From a virus (taxonomy: Duplodnaviria; Heunggongvirae; Uroviricota; Caudoviricetes), in IMG/VR virus record IMGVR_UViG_3300009788_001732, positions 9,963 through 73,962 of that record: 64,000 bases of DNA, one strand, 5' to 3'. The notes under the pieces were generated by a model. The model searched no databases and was not told the DNA's origin. It saw nothing but the letters and a program-made list of their open reading frames with translations. Numbering within the stretch: the first letter of the stretch is position 1; each line of letters starts with the position of its first letter. Below, piece by piece: positions 45,982 through 56,646 of this stretch. A program made the position numbers and the translations under genes.

Positions 45982-46901
45982 TACTCACCGTCCCAAGCCA
46001 CCAGATTAACATATACATCGTGAGCTGTCACATCAGGGTTAATTACGAACCACCCTACTCGATCAGGTCCAGCACCTGTAAAACTTGCACCACGAAGTTC
46101 ATTGTGAAACTCTAGAAAATTCACTCCGTCTGTTGATAGTCGGAAGTAGATGCTCGTACCATCGTCTTCAATTTGCAGCCATACAGTTGCAGACGGCGAT
46201 GGTTCAGATCGTAAGGTTGTAATAATCGCCGAGTCAAAAACTTCAGCTATATATTTATTTATCCCCAGCCGACTTCCCAGCGCGTCAAACGGTCGATGAT
46301 GAATTACTAGTGTTTCATCGTTTACAGTTTCTCTGAAATAAATTCCAAGTGCCGGACCATCTTGAGCCGTATCTGAGACGCCAGTCATTCGTACAGCGGC
46401 AGTAATGATGTAGGGTGTTGATGGTGCATTACGTTCCAAACGTACAAGACGAACTGTCGGAGAGGGCGCAAGGAATTGAATGGTAATACTTCCATCGGCA
46501 TTATCTGAGATGGTTGCATTTGTTGTTGTAATCTCTGTGAAATCAGCCTTTGTCAAAAGATTTCCATTTGTATCTTGAATACGATACGGCGGTCGAGAAA
46601 ATGCAAACGGGTCTACACTCTCTCGAATAAGGATTTCCAATGCAGATTTGGTTAACGAATTGATTACTGTGGCGTCCATCGAATGGTTAGTGGCAACTGT
46701 ATTTTCTACACCGCGTACTACAGTTAGTGTGTTGCCTGAACGAGCTGTAACAAGCATAATTTCGTTATCTATAACGACACGGAAGTCACCTTCGGCAGGG
46801 AAATTACTGCCATTGATAAGAACTACAGCAGTCGCAGAAGTATTGATACTTGCGGCTAATGTAGATTCGGCATCGTTTGCAATTCGTTCTCTGCGAACCA
46901 T
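45981..46901 (-). CDS. paralog family C, member 1
   Basis: Same conserved blocks. Confidence 0.45.
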   Translation of the reverse strand: MVRRERIANDAESTLAASINTSATAVVLINGSNFPAEGDFRVVIDNEIMLVTARSGNTLTVVRGVENTVATNHSMDATVINSLTKSALEILIRESVDPFAFSRPPYRIQDTNGNLLTKADFTEITTTNATISDNADGSITIQFLAPSPTVRLVRLERNAPSTPYIITAAVRMTGVSDTAQDGPALGIYFRETVNDETLVIHHRPFDALGSRLGINKYIAEVFDSAIITTLRSEPSPSATVWLQIEDDGTSIYFRLSTDGVNFLEFHNELRGASFTGAGPDRVGWFVINPDVTAHDVYVNLVAWDGE

Positions 46902-46989
46902 GATGGCCTCGTGTAGTTATAAGGTGGGCGGGGCTAACCAGCCGTGACCAGCCCCGCCCCGGCGAGGGAGATTACGCACTCACCGTGTA

Positions 46990-47583
46990 TTGGTATACGA
47001 TTTGCTTCACTGTTTCATCATGAGAGGTAAAGAATCACGAAATGAATTGTACCGCTTGGCTGAAAACCAGCCAGACACAAACAATAAACGCCCGCGTATA
47101 CACAAATTGTCTGAAAAGCAATTGTGCAACTTTTGGAAGCGTGTTTACAAAAGTCAACAGACGTGTTGCTGGAATTGGACAGGTGGCCGCAATGGATCAG
47201 GGCGTGCAATCATCAAATTGTATGGTATCCAGATGCTCGCGCCACGTGTGTCTTATGCTTTACATAATGAAGTTGATCCTGGCCAGTGGGATGCGCTCCA
47301 TACTTGTGATAACCCCGGCTGCATCAACCCTGATCACATCTTTCTTGGTACACCACAAGACAACATGAAGGACTGCATTGAGAAAGACAGATTTGTTGCA
47401 TCTTGTGGTAATACCAAGATTAAACCGGGCTCTAAGGAAGAATCTATACTACTTGATGCATCGATACCGCCAACTGTTGCTGCGAAAATGTTAGATATAC
47501 ATCGTAAAACAGTGTGGCAACGACGCCGTGAAGCAGGAAAGGTTCCACAACCCCAGGACGGAAGCCTGGGGTGTGGAACTTAG
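46990..47583 (+). CDS. HNH homing endonuclease (HNH_3-type)
   Basis: CCWNWTGG...GYG...HTCDNPGCINPDHIFLGTPQDN; antisense to the surrounding structural genes. Confidence 0.8.
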   Translation: MVYDLLHCFIMRGKESRNELYRLAENQPDTNNKRPRIHKLSEKQLCNFWKRVYKSQQTCCWNWTGGRNGSGRAIIKLYGIQMLAPRVSYALHNEVDPGQWDALHTCDNPGCINPDHIFLGTPQDNMKDCIEKDRFVASCGNTKIKPGSKEESILLDASIPPTVAAKMLDIHRKTVWQRRREAGKVPQPQDGSLGCGT

Positions 47584-47591
47584 ATTCTTAA

Positions 47592-48227
47592 TTAGGCTGA
47601 CACAGTGTAAGTGACCTTCAATTGATCGCCATTCTGGACAGTTACGTCACCAGACGTGAACAGAGCAGTGGCCCAAAGGGTCGAACCAGCGGCGTGGTCA
47701 CCCTTAGTCTGAGGTGCAGCACCGCCGCCTACAGTAAAGACACCCTTCACGGTACCGGAGCCAGTGATGTTATACACAGCCACAGTTGAGTTGGTGATCG
47801 ATTGGGCGGATGCCGGGTCCGGTCCCCACGCTGGCCGGGTCGTGGTATTATCAGCGTTATTTCCATCCGTGTAATTCTTAAATTCATCCCAGCCATTACC
47901 AGCTTGATCGATGTCATCATATGTGTCATCGGCGGCCAGGGCTGTAAAACCGCTATTATCAACCAGTCCTAAGAACCACGATGAAATCTGGGTTGCCCCA
48001 TCAAACATTACATCCAACAACTTATCTTTGCCTTCATTGACAATACCGTTATTGAAGTGGTACTCGTTAAAACGCCGTCCATTACGCCAGTGTTGGACGA
48101 TGAATCGACCTTGCAACTTCACAAGGGAAGGTGCTTCAGGCTGAAAGTCAGTCGCCGGGACCATTGCGCCGGCACGAACCAACTGAGCCTTTGCGCTACT
48201 TCGCGCGGTCAGTCTTGATGCACTCAT
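47592..48227 (-). CDS. tail structural protein (hypothetical)
   Basis: 211-aa Gly/Thr-rich ORF directly downstream of the tape measure gene. Confidence 0.4.
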   Translation of the reverse strand: MSASRLTARSSAKAQLVRAGAMVPATDFQPEAPSLVKLQGRFIVQHWRNGRRFNEYHFNNGIVNEGKDKLLDVMFDGATQISSWFLGLVDNSGFTALAADDTYDDIDQAGNGWDEFKNYTDGNNADNTTTRPAWGPDPASAQSITNSTVAVYNITGSGTVKGVFTVGGGAAPQTKGDHAAGSTLWATALFTSGDVTVQNGDQLKVTYTVSA

Positions 48228-48243
48228 GGTGTTCTTTCTCCAT

Positions 48244-51200
48244 TTAGAGTGACGAGGTTCCTCGTCGCAGTTCTCGGCGAATGCTACGAGCTATTTGACG
48301 ACCTGTACTTGAGGATTCTTGTCCCCCAGATACAGTAACATTGATGTCACCGACATTAGTGACGGGGCCGCCATCTTGGCGGTACACAGGCTGACGGCCT
48401 GCATTGATTGCTTGAAGTTGTGAAAAGAATCTTTTTGAACTTCGAGCATTAACAACAAATTCTCCTGGCGACAACATCGCTGGAATAGTATCTGTTCCAC
48501 GAGAAGCGAAGCCTCCGCCTGCGAGGAAGCGAGGAAAGAATCTACCCATACGAGCCGTTGCGGCTGCTCCACCACTGGCCGCTGCCGCTGCTACTCCTTC
48601 AGCACCAGCTCTTGCTACCTGCCAGTTGCTTGCAATTTGCGCTGACGGACCCACTTGCGAAATCGTTGATGTGGCCGCACTTTGAATATTTGTCGCGGCA
48701 GCACCTGTGTTTTGGGCTTGCTTTCCAGTTTCGCTAGTAATTTGTTTTGCTGCCTCAGCTCTCTTAAGAACAGCATCAAAGAGTTGTTGGTTTCGTTGTA
48801 ATGCCTCCCCAGTGCCCTGTTGTTGTTGCAACTGGTTTAAGTTCGTTTGCTCATCTACTGACCTTGTTAGAGATGCCAGTAGTTCAGCGATAAAATTGGC
48901 AGCCGTACCCAGTCCTGTCGGGGCGGCATCGACGCCGCCGAGCGCTGTGAACACTTTAGTTAATGTTGCGACCTTAGCAGCTTGTTCATCAGTTAACTTA
49001 CCTGTTTTTCTAAATGAGTCAGCAATTGGGATCAATTCTGTACCAACAGCACGAAGACTTTGAGAAAATTCAGCGAGTCGTGGCTCAACACTTTTAGGTA
49101 AAAAACCTTCAAGCACACTGCGGGTTATTCTACCCGCGGCAGAAGTTACAGACTCTGTTCTTTTTGGAAGGCTATCCAATAGTTCTCCCACAACGTTGCC
49201 TTCCCCCGTTATCCTCGTGAGTGTGTCGCTGATCGCGTCCGCAAGCTGGAGTTCTTTTGGGTCAATCACAAGCTGCTGCGAGAATGCTGTTGCCAAGTCC
49301 TTTGGAGTCCGAATCGTAACGCCTTCTTGCAATTCAAATGCAGTGATCTCAGGCGTAAATTGGAGACGAAAATCCTTAAAGAATCCAGTGATATCATTCT
49401 CTAGATTAGCGAGTGCTCCTTTAGATATACTTAAGTTTCGGACGTCAATGCCGGTAAATTGTTTATCAAAACTACGAGCTAATGACCCAGCTTCAATAAT
49501 TTGACTTAAGTCTAGTGTTTTAGCACCTGCAAGTGTTTTCAGGAGGCTATCGACTGCTATGCGTTGTTCTTTAAGTGCTGCTTTCCGTTTTTCACCTGTG
49601 AGTGCCTCACCCTCAGCATCAAACAAACCTGGGGCAGCAAAGACTACCTGAGCGGCTTTTTTGACAGCGGCCAATTCTTTCTGTTGGCGTGCAAGGCGAT
49701 CCTTTTCAGTTGCTTCACGCCGCTCAGATGACCGTGTAATTGCATTTTCAGCATTCAATTTCTGTCGAATAATAGTTAGCAGAGTCTTTTCTATCTGAGC
49801 GACTGCGGTCCTGTTGCCTGTTTGTTCGGCGATCGATTTTGCTTCTTGAGCAGTTGCTTGTGCTCGCTCAATTGCAGCACGTGCCCGTTCTATATCTTGC
49901 TCAGTAGCCCCAGCACTTGTTGCCTTTCGCACAAGTTCAACGGCTGTTCGACGCTGAGCATTTGCGCGGGCTTGAAGATTACTAAATTGCTGCAATTGTT
50001 TGAAATTCTTATTCCGCGTCTTAAATTCAAAATCAGACAATTCTTGTGCAACATCCTCAGCATTACTCTGCGCCGTTTCCTGAATCTTTTGCTCTGTAGA
50101 TATCCTTTTCTGTGTCTGATTGACAATCCGTTCACCGGCGGCAACAATTGCCTTAACTACCCGTTCTTGATCTTTGATGATCGCATCATTAGTCTTTTTA
50201 GCAATTGCAAGACGTTTTTGGAAACCTTTATTAAATGCGGCAAGTTCTTCTTGACCTACTTTTATGGCTTCACGAAGATTCGCGTCGCGTAATTGGTTGG
50301 CTGCGGCATTTCTTTTTTGCTCAAATGTTAATATTTGTCGATTTAATTCTTTGACCGCTTCAATTTCTTTATCGAAATTGGCGATTTCAATATCTTCAAG
50401 AATGCTGACTGCCGCTAAAGCAACTAATGGTGCAAGGGCAATCGCAGCGGCGGCACCTAAGGCAACTAATGAGATGCCAAAAACCCCCGCGAGTGAGGTA
50501 GCCGCTGCTGCTATAATGTTGAATGAAACTATACCGGCTGTGAGCGCACCAATAGCTCCTACTGTAACAACAGCAATTGGAACAAGTGTTTTTAGTGACG
50601 TGCCTATATTGTCGAGGCCACCAATAAACTCAGTTGCTCGGGCCAATACTTTTAGTAAAGCTTGACCTAAATCTACAGTAAACAAGTTTTTCAGTTTGTT
50701 AACTTGTCGAGAAACTGTTTCAGCATCCGATGTAATAACCAGTTCAAATTTCTCTTTAAGAATGTCATCTGCCGATGCTCGAATGCGCTTTAAGTTTTCT
50801 TCAAATCGCTCAGCGCCCGAACCAGATAAGATCAAAGCGGCATTCAAACCACGCACACGCGGGATGAATTTAGACAATGCAGTGATAGAACCGCCAGCCG
50901 CTTCTCGCATCGCAACGAATGCACCTTGCATACCACGAGCTTGAATCAAAGCTTCACCGGAAGTAAATCCCAGTTCGGCGAGCAAATCTTTTGTAGCCGT
51001 AGTTGGCTTCAACAGCGCATTAAAAGCACCCCGCAATTGAGTTGTGGCTTCACTGGTTTTAATACCTGCGATAGTGACAGTTGCGAAACCAGCCAGAACT
51101 TCATCAAGGCTGACACCAAGTTCAGATGCAACGGGTAGCACACGACCAAGGCTGTTCGCCAATTCAGCAGCACGAGTACGACCGAGTTCGATCGTTGTGA

Positions 51201-51996
51201 ACAATTTACCGGCGATGTTTTCTGTGTCTGCTGCTGTTTTTCCGAAAGCATTTAGAGTACCAGATAACAAAAGAACTGACGTATCAATGTCAGTTACAGC
51301 GGCTTTTGAGAATTTAGCGGCGGTTTCAAGGAAACTAAGTGAAGTGGCAGCATCACCAATCTGATTCGAGACTGTCTGGTACAAACCTTCAGTCACGGCC
51401 GCAATAGGTAAATTGAAGGTATCAGACAATCTGCGCACAGATGCTGTGAGCGCATCAGCATTGCGCTGACCTTCAGGGAGAATTGTCGACACCTCACGAA
51501 TACTTCTTTGAAGTTGTGAGGATGTTGCAATAGTAGAAGTGATTGCCCGTTGTAGAGCACCAAACCCTTGGATTAAGATACGTGTTCCAAAGATACGTCC
51601 CAGTTGGGATAATGATCCGAACAAACCTCTAAATGCCGCACTGCCGAGAGCGCCAATACGTGAGAGGGGGGTTTGTGCCTGTGTAGCGGCACGCCCAGTT
51701 TGTTGCAACGCTGTCGCTGTTTTCTGGAAACCAGCAGCAACGGGGGCTTGTGTACTTTTTAGCTTGTTGCTACTGGTAGACAGCGTATCAAACGCTCGTC
51801 TCGCTTTATTAGCAGCGTCTGATGCTTTGCCACTGTCGATGTTGAATGCGGTCTTAGCATCACTATTGAAGCTCTTCAACTTTTGACCAAGACCATCGAT
51901 GGTATTGCCAAAGTTCTTCATCCGCTGATCAAGCGAATCAAGAGACGAAACAGCACCTGTAACATCTATGCTAAAGCGTTGTGTAACGTCGGCCAT
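48244..51996 (-). CDS. tape measure protein
   Basis: 1250 aa, Ala/Gln/Lys-rich and predicted helical, downstream of the chaperone-like genes and the major tail protein. Confidence 0.8.
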   Translation of the reverse strand: MADVTQRFSIDVTGAVSSLDSLDQRMKNFGNTIDGLGQKLKSFNSDAKTAFNIDSGKASDAANKARRAFDTLSTSSNKLKSTQAPVAAGFQKTATALQQTGRAATQAQTPLSRIGALGSAAFRGLFGSLSQLGRIFGTRILIQGFGALQRAITSTIATSSQLQRSIREVSTILPEGQRNADALTASVRRLSDTFNLPIAAVTEGLYQTVSNQIGDAATSLSFLETAAKFSKAAVTDIDTSVLLLSGTLNAFGKTAADTENIAGKLFTTIELGRTRAAELANSLGRVLPVASELGVSLDEVLAGFATVTIAGIKTSEATTQLRGAFNALLKPTTATKDLLAELGFTSGEALIQARGMQGAFVAMREAAGGSITALSKFIPRVRGLNAALILSGSGAERFEENLKRIRASADDILKEKFELVITSDAETVSRQVNKLKNLFTVDLGQALLKVLARATEFIGGLDNIGTSLKTLVPIAVVTVGAIGALTAGIVSFNIIAAAATSLAGVFGISLVALGAAAAIALAPLVALAAVSILEDIEIANFDKEIEAVKELNRQILTFEQKRNAAANQLRDANLREAIKVGQEELAAFNKGFQKRLAIAKKTNDAIIKDQERVVKAIVAAGERIVNQTQKRISTEQKIQETAQSNAEDVAQELSDFEFKTRNKNFKQLQQFSNLQARANAQRRTAVELVRKATSAGATEQDIERARAAIERAQATAQEAKSIAEQTGNRTAVAQIEKTLLTIIRQKLNAENAITRSSERREATEKDRLARQQKELAAVKKAAQVVFAAPGLFDAEGEALTGEKRKAALKEQRIAVDSLLKTLAGAKTLDLSQIIEAGSLARSFDKQFTGIDVRNLSISKGALANLENDITGFFKDFRLQFTPEITAFELQEGVTIRTPKDLATAFSQQLVIDPKELQLADAISDTLTRITGEGNVVGELLDSLPKRTESVTSAAGRITRSVLEGFLPKSVEPRLAEFSQSLRAVGTELIPIADSFRKTGKLTDEQAAKVATLTKVFTALGGVDAAPTGLGTAANFIAELLASLTRSVDEQTNLNQLQQQQGTGEALQRNQQLFDAVLKRAEAAKQITSETGKQAQNTGAAATNIQSAATSTISQVGPSAQIASNWQVARAGAEGVAAAAASGGAAATARMGRFFPRFLAGGGFASRGTDTIPAMLSPGEFVVNARSSKRFFSQLQAINAGRQPVYRQDGGPVTNVGDINVTVSGGQESSSTGRQIARSIRRELRRGTSSL

Positions 51997-52511
51997 TACC
52001 TAATCTCCCGCTTCTTAATTTTGAGCGGAACTTTGTCGGGCAAAGAGCCACGACTGGCTGCTCGTTCAAATGCCGAGTTACCCTTTTCAAGGAAACCGTA
52101 TGGTCCGGGATTCTTCAGACGTGCGAAAATCTTCGGATCACCACCAGCATTTGCATTATTAAATTCATTGAAAATTAAATGCTCAAGCGATGTACTATAT
52201 TCGGCTTTGAATATACCTCGCCGCTTGTCTATGTCGATCGTACCTGTGCTTTTAGCACGGCCCACTCCTGAACCGAGCCCTAACTTTGAACCAAGTGCGG
52301 TTGGTTGTATACGAAGTGCAAAATTGACTCTTGAAGCAAGTTCAGAGAATGTACCGAGAGAGGCACCACTCCAAACTGGAACAGGCGCAGTCGCAGCATT
52401 CAGCCATGCTACGAGCGCCCGTTCAAGTGTCAATTCCATCTCAACTGACATCAGACGTAGCCACGTCCGCATATCAATGCGAGGTTTATCTAAGGTGGCT
52501 ATGAATCTCAC
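51996..52511 (-). CDS. hypothetical protein (possible tail assembly protein)
   Basis: GTG start at 52511, directly upstream of the tape measure gene. Confidence 0.35.
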   Translation of the reverse strand: MRFIATLDKPRIDMRTWLRLMSVEMELTLERALVAWLNAATAPVPVWSGASLGTFSELASRVNFALRIQPTALGSKLGLGSGVGRAKSTGTIDIDKRRGIFKAEYSTSLEHLIFNEFNNANAGGDPKIFARLKNPGPYGFLEKGNSAFERAASRGSLPDKVPLKIKKREIR

Positions 52512-52686
52512 GGGTCAGGCCCACCTTTTGGTCATTTACCGGGGTTGGCTCGCCCGCCAACAAGATTGATATCATGCTCTACTTCATCATGTCCGACGAT
52601 CTGATCAAATCCGAGAATATCGGCTTGTTGAAAGGAATTCAGATCATCCCAGTTAGGGCGGTAACCACCAGTTATTCCGGGCGGAT

Positions 52687-53214
52687 TTATTCCGACCCTG
52701 ATGCAGGCGCGCCAGATCGCGAACTTTTCCGTTCGGAAGTCTGGGAATCGGATTCGTCTGCTACTCGCACCTGACCACGTATAAAAGACTCGCGCGCATC
52801 TTTCAGCTTTTGTTCATCAAGAGCATTAACTGACAAGACAAGTCCAAGAATCAAATTTCTTTCGACGCTTGAGAAGCCAGCTTCCGTCATGTCCTCTTCC
52901 CACTTGGTCCATGTTTTGGGATTGTTGATATCAACAGAATCCCATTCAACATCGACAAGTGAATTGATAACCATCCAACCTACACGTTGAAGACTGTGAC
53001 GCTCTGACTTTTGTTTGTAAGTCTCATCTTCAATGTCAGGTACAAAACCGTCCTTAGTAAGTTTGCCAGGCGCTTCCGGCATCGGGCACAACTTCTCGAA
53101 TTCTTCATAGTCCACAATAGCTTGTGCTTTGATAGCAATCGCAGCATCGCCGCGAGGAAGGACCAATACATCAGTATTGAGTTCCTTCGGGACTACTTGA
53201 CCAGCAATCTTCAT
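52687..53214 (-). CDS. putative tail assembly chaperone
   Basis: Acidic 175-aa protein between the major tail protein and the tape measure gene (gpG-like position). Confidence 0.4.
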   Translation of the reverse strand: MKIAGQVVPKELNTDVLVLPRGDAAIAIKAQAIVDYEEFEKLCPMPEAPGKLTKDGFVPDIEDETYKQKSERHSLQRVGWMVINSLVDVEWDSVDINNPKTWTKWEEDMTEAGFSSVERNLILGLVLSVNALDEQKLKDARESFIRGQVRVADESDSQTSERKSSRSGAPASGSE

Positions 53215-53230
53215 ATGTAATCTCCCTCAT

Positions 53231-53263
53231 AAAAAGGGCGGGCCGGGACGAACCCGGCCCGCC
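53231..53263 (-). terminator. rho-independent terminator after the major tail protein gene
   Basis: Perfect 11-12 bp GC stem gggcgggccggg/cccggcccgcc with loop acgaa, then a U-run on the minus strand. Confidence 0.75.
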
Positions 53264-53275
53264 AGTTAGTGAATA

Positions 53276-54385
53276 TTAGGCAGCCCGCGTGATTACAGGC
53301 TGCTCAGCGTTGCAGCGACCCGTAGTAGAGATGGTCGCTTCGTCTAGATCGAATTCCAATGAATCATGTCGGAAGTCTGGGAAGACAGTAATTTCCTTCT
53401 CAACAGCACCAGCGCAAGCACTGGGACTGTGCTCGACTTCTAAATCAATCGAGTACGGTTCACATGGATCAGCCGAGGAACTGGTAAACTCGGCAGCACC
53501 TCGAATACCCTTGAGAGCATCAACAGGTGTGATAGCCTCTCCGGTACCGGTACTAACGAATTCGTAAACGAAGTCGATCGTTACGTCCATTGGTTGGTCG
53601 TCACCCTTCTTAACAGTATCAAGAAGACCTCGGTCCAACTCATATTCGTATTCAATGTTTTCGGTGTAGGTTAGATTCCCGTCTCCGATCTTTACTTCAA
53701 CTTCGATTGGCTGGAAAGTAATGGTGTCATCATCAGCAGGCGTCGGGGTTCCCCAAGCCGGGCTGAAAGTGATATTAGTCACTTGGTCAACAAACTCACC
53801 TTCAGTGGTAGTGGTTGCAGTTTCTGTACCGTCGTATCCGCCAGAACCAATCACGCTGACACTGTGATTTGCTTTGGAAACAGATGCGCCATCATAAGTC
53901 AGAGTTACAGCAGCAGTGTTGAGAGCACCGCCAGCCGCAATGATATCACCATTGACATAGGTAGCCAATGCAGCACTAACGGCTGAATCAATTGCGGTTT
54001 GTACAGCAGCAGAAGCAGCATCAAACGCAACAGAGATTGGACCGACAACCAATGGAGTGGCTGAAGGTAGGGCCGGATCGGGTGCGATAGTCAATGTGAT
54101 ATCAATGTTTCCAGTTGTGGCGCCGGTTCCGGCGACTTCCTGGATTTCATCAACACCTACACTGAGCACACGGCCCGTCACTGTGTACTCAGTAACATTC
54201 CCGGCTGTAGAAACAGTAAATTTCGCACCTACGGGTACTTTCAAAACATTTGGACGATTGACGCTAATAGCGTCAATATCCACATCGGTGTCGGTCGCAC
54301 CGGGAGTAACCTCATTTATGAGGCTAGTTCCCGAAAGACCATCCTTAATGCGGATTGTCGCGTCACGTAATTCAATACGTGCCAT
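53276..54385 (-). CDS. major tail protein (candidate)
   Basis: 369 aa, Thr/Val/Gly-rich and beta-type, followed by a strong terminator and then the chaperone-like gene. Confidence 0.55.
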   Translation of the reverse strand: MARIELRDATIRIKDGLSGTSLINEVTPGATDTDVDIDAISVNRPNVLKVPVGAKFTVSTAGNVTEYTVTGRVLSVGVDEIQEVAGTGATTGNIDITLTIAPDPALPSATPLVVGPISVAFDAASAAVQTAIDSAVSAALATYVNGDIIAAGGALNTAAVTLTYDGASVSKANHSVSVIGSGGYDGTETATTTTEGEFVDQVTNITFSPAWGTPTPADDDTITFQPIEVEVKIGDGNLTYTENIEYEYELDRGLLDTVKKGDDQPMDVTIDFVYEFVSTGTGEAITPVDALKGIRGAAEFTSSSADPCEPYSIDLEVEHSPSACAGAVEKEITVFPDFRHDSLEFDLDEATISTTGRCNAEQPVITRAA

Positions 54386-54409
54386 ATCAGGTTTCTCCCA
54401 AATAGGGTG

Positions 54410-54916
54410 TTATTCAAAAAGGTACATGGAGTATCGCGCATCCACTTGTGACTGCTTTATGCGATCGGTCTTGTGAACCTGTCCAAAATGGAGGCTACGA
54501 ACACTGTCATTTCTTCCCGACCTTGGCGACAGATAACCAAGTAGAGTATCGTTGTTTTCAGCGGCTTGAGCAGGGTCACCGTAACGAAAGATAGGTATGC
54601 AGGTGTCTGCAAATTCGTGAAACTTTCCCAAGTTAATCTCAAGTGTGTAACGGTTCTTGGTAGCACCGTCTAGATTTGATGTGACGAGAATATTTACATC
54701 AAACCAAATACGCCAATACACCTTACTCAATTCTTGAGTAAAGGGACCGTTGTACCGCAACTCTGCACGGTCGGGTGCTTGCTCAAAAATGTCATCCCGA
54801 TCGTCCAACCCTTCGACGAGAAATGGAAGGCTGAGTGGAGTTGCGACATTGGTTTTGAAATGATCAGCGACCGACGAAATAATCCAACGTGTCCAATGTG
54901 GATTCGGTGCAGACAT
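54410..54916 (-). CDS. head-tail/tail completion protein (hypothetical)
   Basis: Call by position only. Confidence 0.35.
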   Translation of the reverse strand: MSAPNPHWTRWIISSVADHFKTNVATPLSLPFLVEGLDDRDDIFEQAPDRAELRYNGPFTQELSKVYWRIWFDVNILVTSNLDGATKNRYTLEINLGKFHEFADTCIPIFRYGDPAQAAENNDTLLGYLSPRSGRNDSVRSLHFGQVHKTDRIKQSQVDARYSMYLFE

Positions 54917-55017
54917 AATTAGACCTCTGTGCCCCAGGCGCTGTTCTCGGTCTCCGCCGATCGCAAGAATCTTTACTGATAAATTGATGAGAATTATACT
55001 TTATCCATGCCGATATT

Positions 55018-56298
55018 TTATGTTGTCATTGGGGTCCAGTTTGGCTCACCTACTCCCCCGCCCCATTTAGGGACAAGATAGTTCAGGCAAAGCGAATCGA
55101 TCTCCCCGAATGATAGCCGCCGCGTATAGCGAATGATGTCAGACAGCTCGCAGTCGTAGTTGCTTGACCCATTGCTACTTGCCCCCATATACATGGCGCC
55201 TGTCTCGGTCGATTGCTTCGTGTGAGTCGCTGTTTTGACCGAGGCGCCACCGCCTTCCCAAACAGTTAATTCACTATCGGTGGCGGCTCGCTTGCGACGA
55301 AAAACCAAGATGTGGTAGTCCGTCCCAGTCCACGCCCAGACCGTAATAGCACCTGAGTTGTCGATTGAATCCCCCCGACGGAAATTGCCGGTCCCACTGC
55401 GATAGAATGCAAATTCAAAGGTGTCCCCGCCAACCTTGGCCAGGAGATACTCGACTGTGGCATTAGCTGGAAACTTTCCGACGAGAATAAGAGTTTCTTC
55501 TTCGTTACTGAAATCCAACGCCGATGTGGTGAGCAGTTTATCATCAATGCCATCAAATCGCACAACTTGTCGATTATTTAGATCGGCGGGCGTCGGCGCC
55601 TTTTCTCTGTGTGGTTTGAGAGCATCAACCCCGAGCTGGCTGGCGACAATACCGCCGATTTTGTCCGTCCACGAATTGACGTCTGGTCCGGTCCCCATTA
55701 TGAAAGTAGAGGCGTCGTCGGCATCCCACCAGTTTTCCAAATTTGTGAAGCTGGGTGGAGTAATGCCATTTGGCATGTCCTCTGCGCTCTGATCTACGCT
55801 CTGATTTACACGGATCAAATTATCAGCATTAGGCAAGAATATCTGTTCGGGCACATCTCCTAGTACCGCACGCCCCGTAAAGACCCAAGCACTGTCGAAC
55901 TCAAATTCTGTAAAGTGTGTTATTTCATACTTGCGTCCTTTATAGACGATCCAATCATCAGGTGTTGGCTGAAAGTCTTTCAACTCCAAGTTAGGAACAT
56001 CCCGACGATCGACGATAAACATACGGGTGCTACTATCGTACGTTCCCCCTATTACAAATGCTTTGTTCGCGGAAATAATTGAAAGTGTTTGAACTGACTC
56101 CCGAATAACTTTGGCTGGCAGAATGATCCCTCGTTTAATAGGAATATTTGTCTTGTCTACTGTCACAACACCTGTCTTATGATTTGTTGCACCGTCTGGG
56201 CCGCGACGATACAAGTCAAAATCCCCACCATACCGCCGCTTGAGCATGTACAGGGTGTTTAGAACTTGGCGATTGAGGTTTCGATCCGTGATCGGCAT
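55018..56298 (-). CDS. structural protein with possible lectin-like C-terminal domain
   Basis: 426 aa in the head-tail joining region. The lectin-like C-terminal half is a weak impression only. Confidence 0.35.
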   Translation of the reverse strand: MPITDRNLNRQVLNTLYMLKRRYGGDFDLYRRGPDGATNHKTGVVTVDKTNIPIKRGIILPAKVIRESVQTLSIISANKAFVIGGTYDSSTRMFIVDRRDVPNLELKDFQPTPDDWIVYKGRKYEITHFTEFEFDSAWVFTGRAVLGDVPEQIFLPNADNLIRVNQSVDQSAEDMPNGITPPSFTNLENWWDADDASTFIMGTGPDVNSWTDKIGGIVASQLGVDALKPHREKAPTPADLNNRQVVRFDGIDDKLLTTSALDFSNEEETLILVGKFPANATVEYLLAKVGGDTFEFAFYRSGTGNFRRGDSIDNSGAITVWAWTGTDYHILVFRRKRAATDSELTVWEGGGASVKTATHTKQSTETGAMYMGASSNGSSNYDCELSDIIRYTRRLSFGEIDSLCLNYLVPKWGGGVGEPNWTPMTT

Positions 56299-56308
56299 GT
56301 GTCAACCT

Positions 56309-56605
56309 TTAGAAATAGTAGACGACATTAAGTTCAGCCGACGCCGTTGCCTCAATAAATCTAATCTTAGCAAAATCACCCGTATAGGGTCTTTCTACAC
56401 CAACAACCAACTGCATACCAATGGCTGCTGTCGGGTCTGTACCGGCATCTCGCCAGCGAATGTTTTGACCGACAGCTTGGAGGATAGCAAGGCGTGCTCC
56501 TTTCGGAACCTTTTTCAAGGACTGTGCTGTCGTCAGTGTCGTAATTTGTTCATCACCCGCTGGGTCGAGTTTGGCATCAACTACATATTGGCGTTGTTCA
56601 CCCAT
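56309..56605 (-). CDS. small head-tail connector-like protein
   Basis: 98 aa; call by position only. Confidence 0.35.
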   Translation of the reverse strand: MGEQRQYVVDAKLDPAGDEQITTLTTAQSLKKVPKGARLAILQAVGQNIRWRDAGTDPTAAIGMQLVVGVERPYTGDFAKIRFIEATASAELNVVYYF

Positions 56606-56646
56606 AATGCTCTCCGGTTAACGACCGATGGAGTCGTAAATATTTC

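Noticed and set aside
52512-52760. Possible programmed frameshift joining the two chaperone-like genes upstream of the tape measure gene (G/GT-like).
   Set aside because: The frame of 51996..52511 hits a stop (plus-strand tca at 52515-52517) immediately upstream of its GTG start, so it cannot be reached from 52687..53214. The -1 frame of the upstream gene stays open for only ~50 codons past its stop, and I found no XXXYYYZ slippery heptamer.
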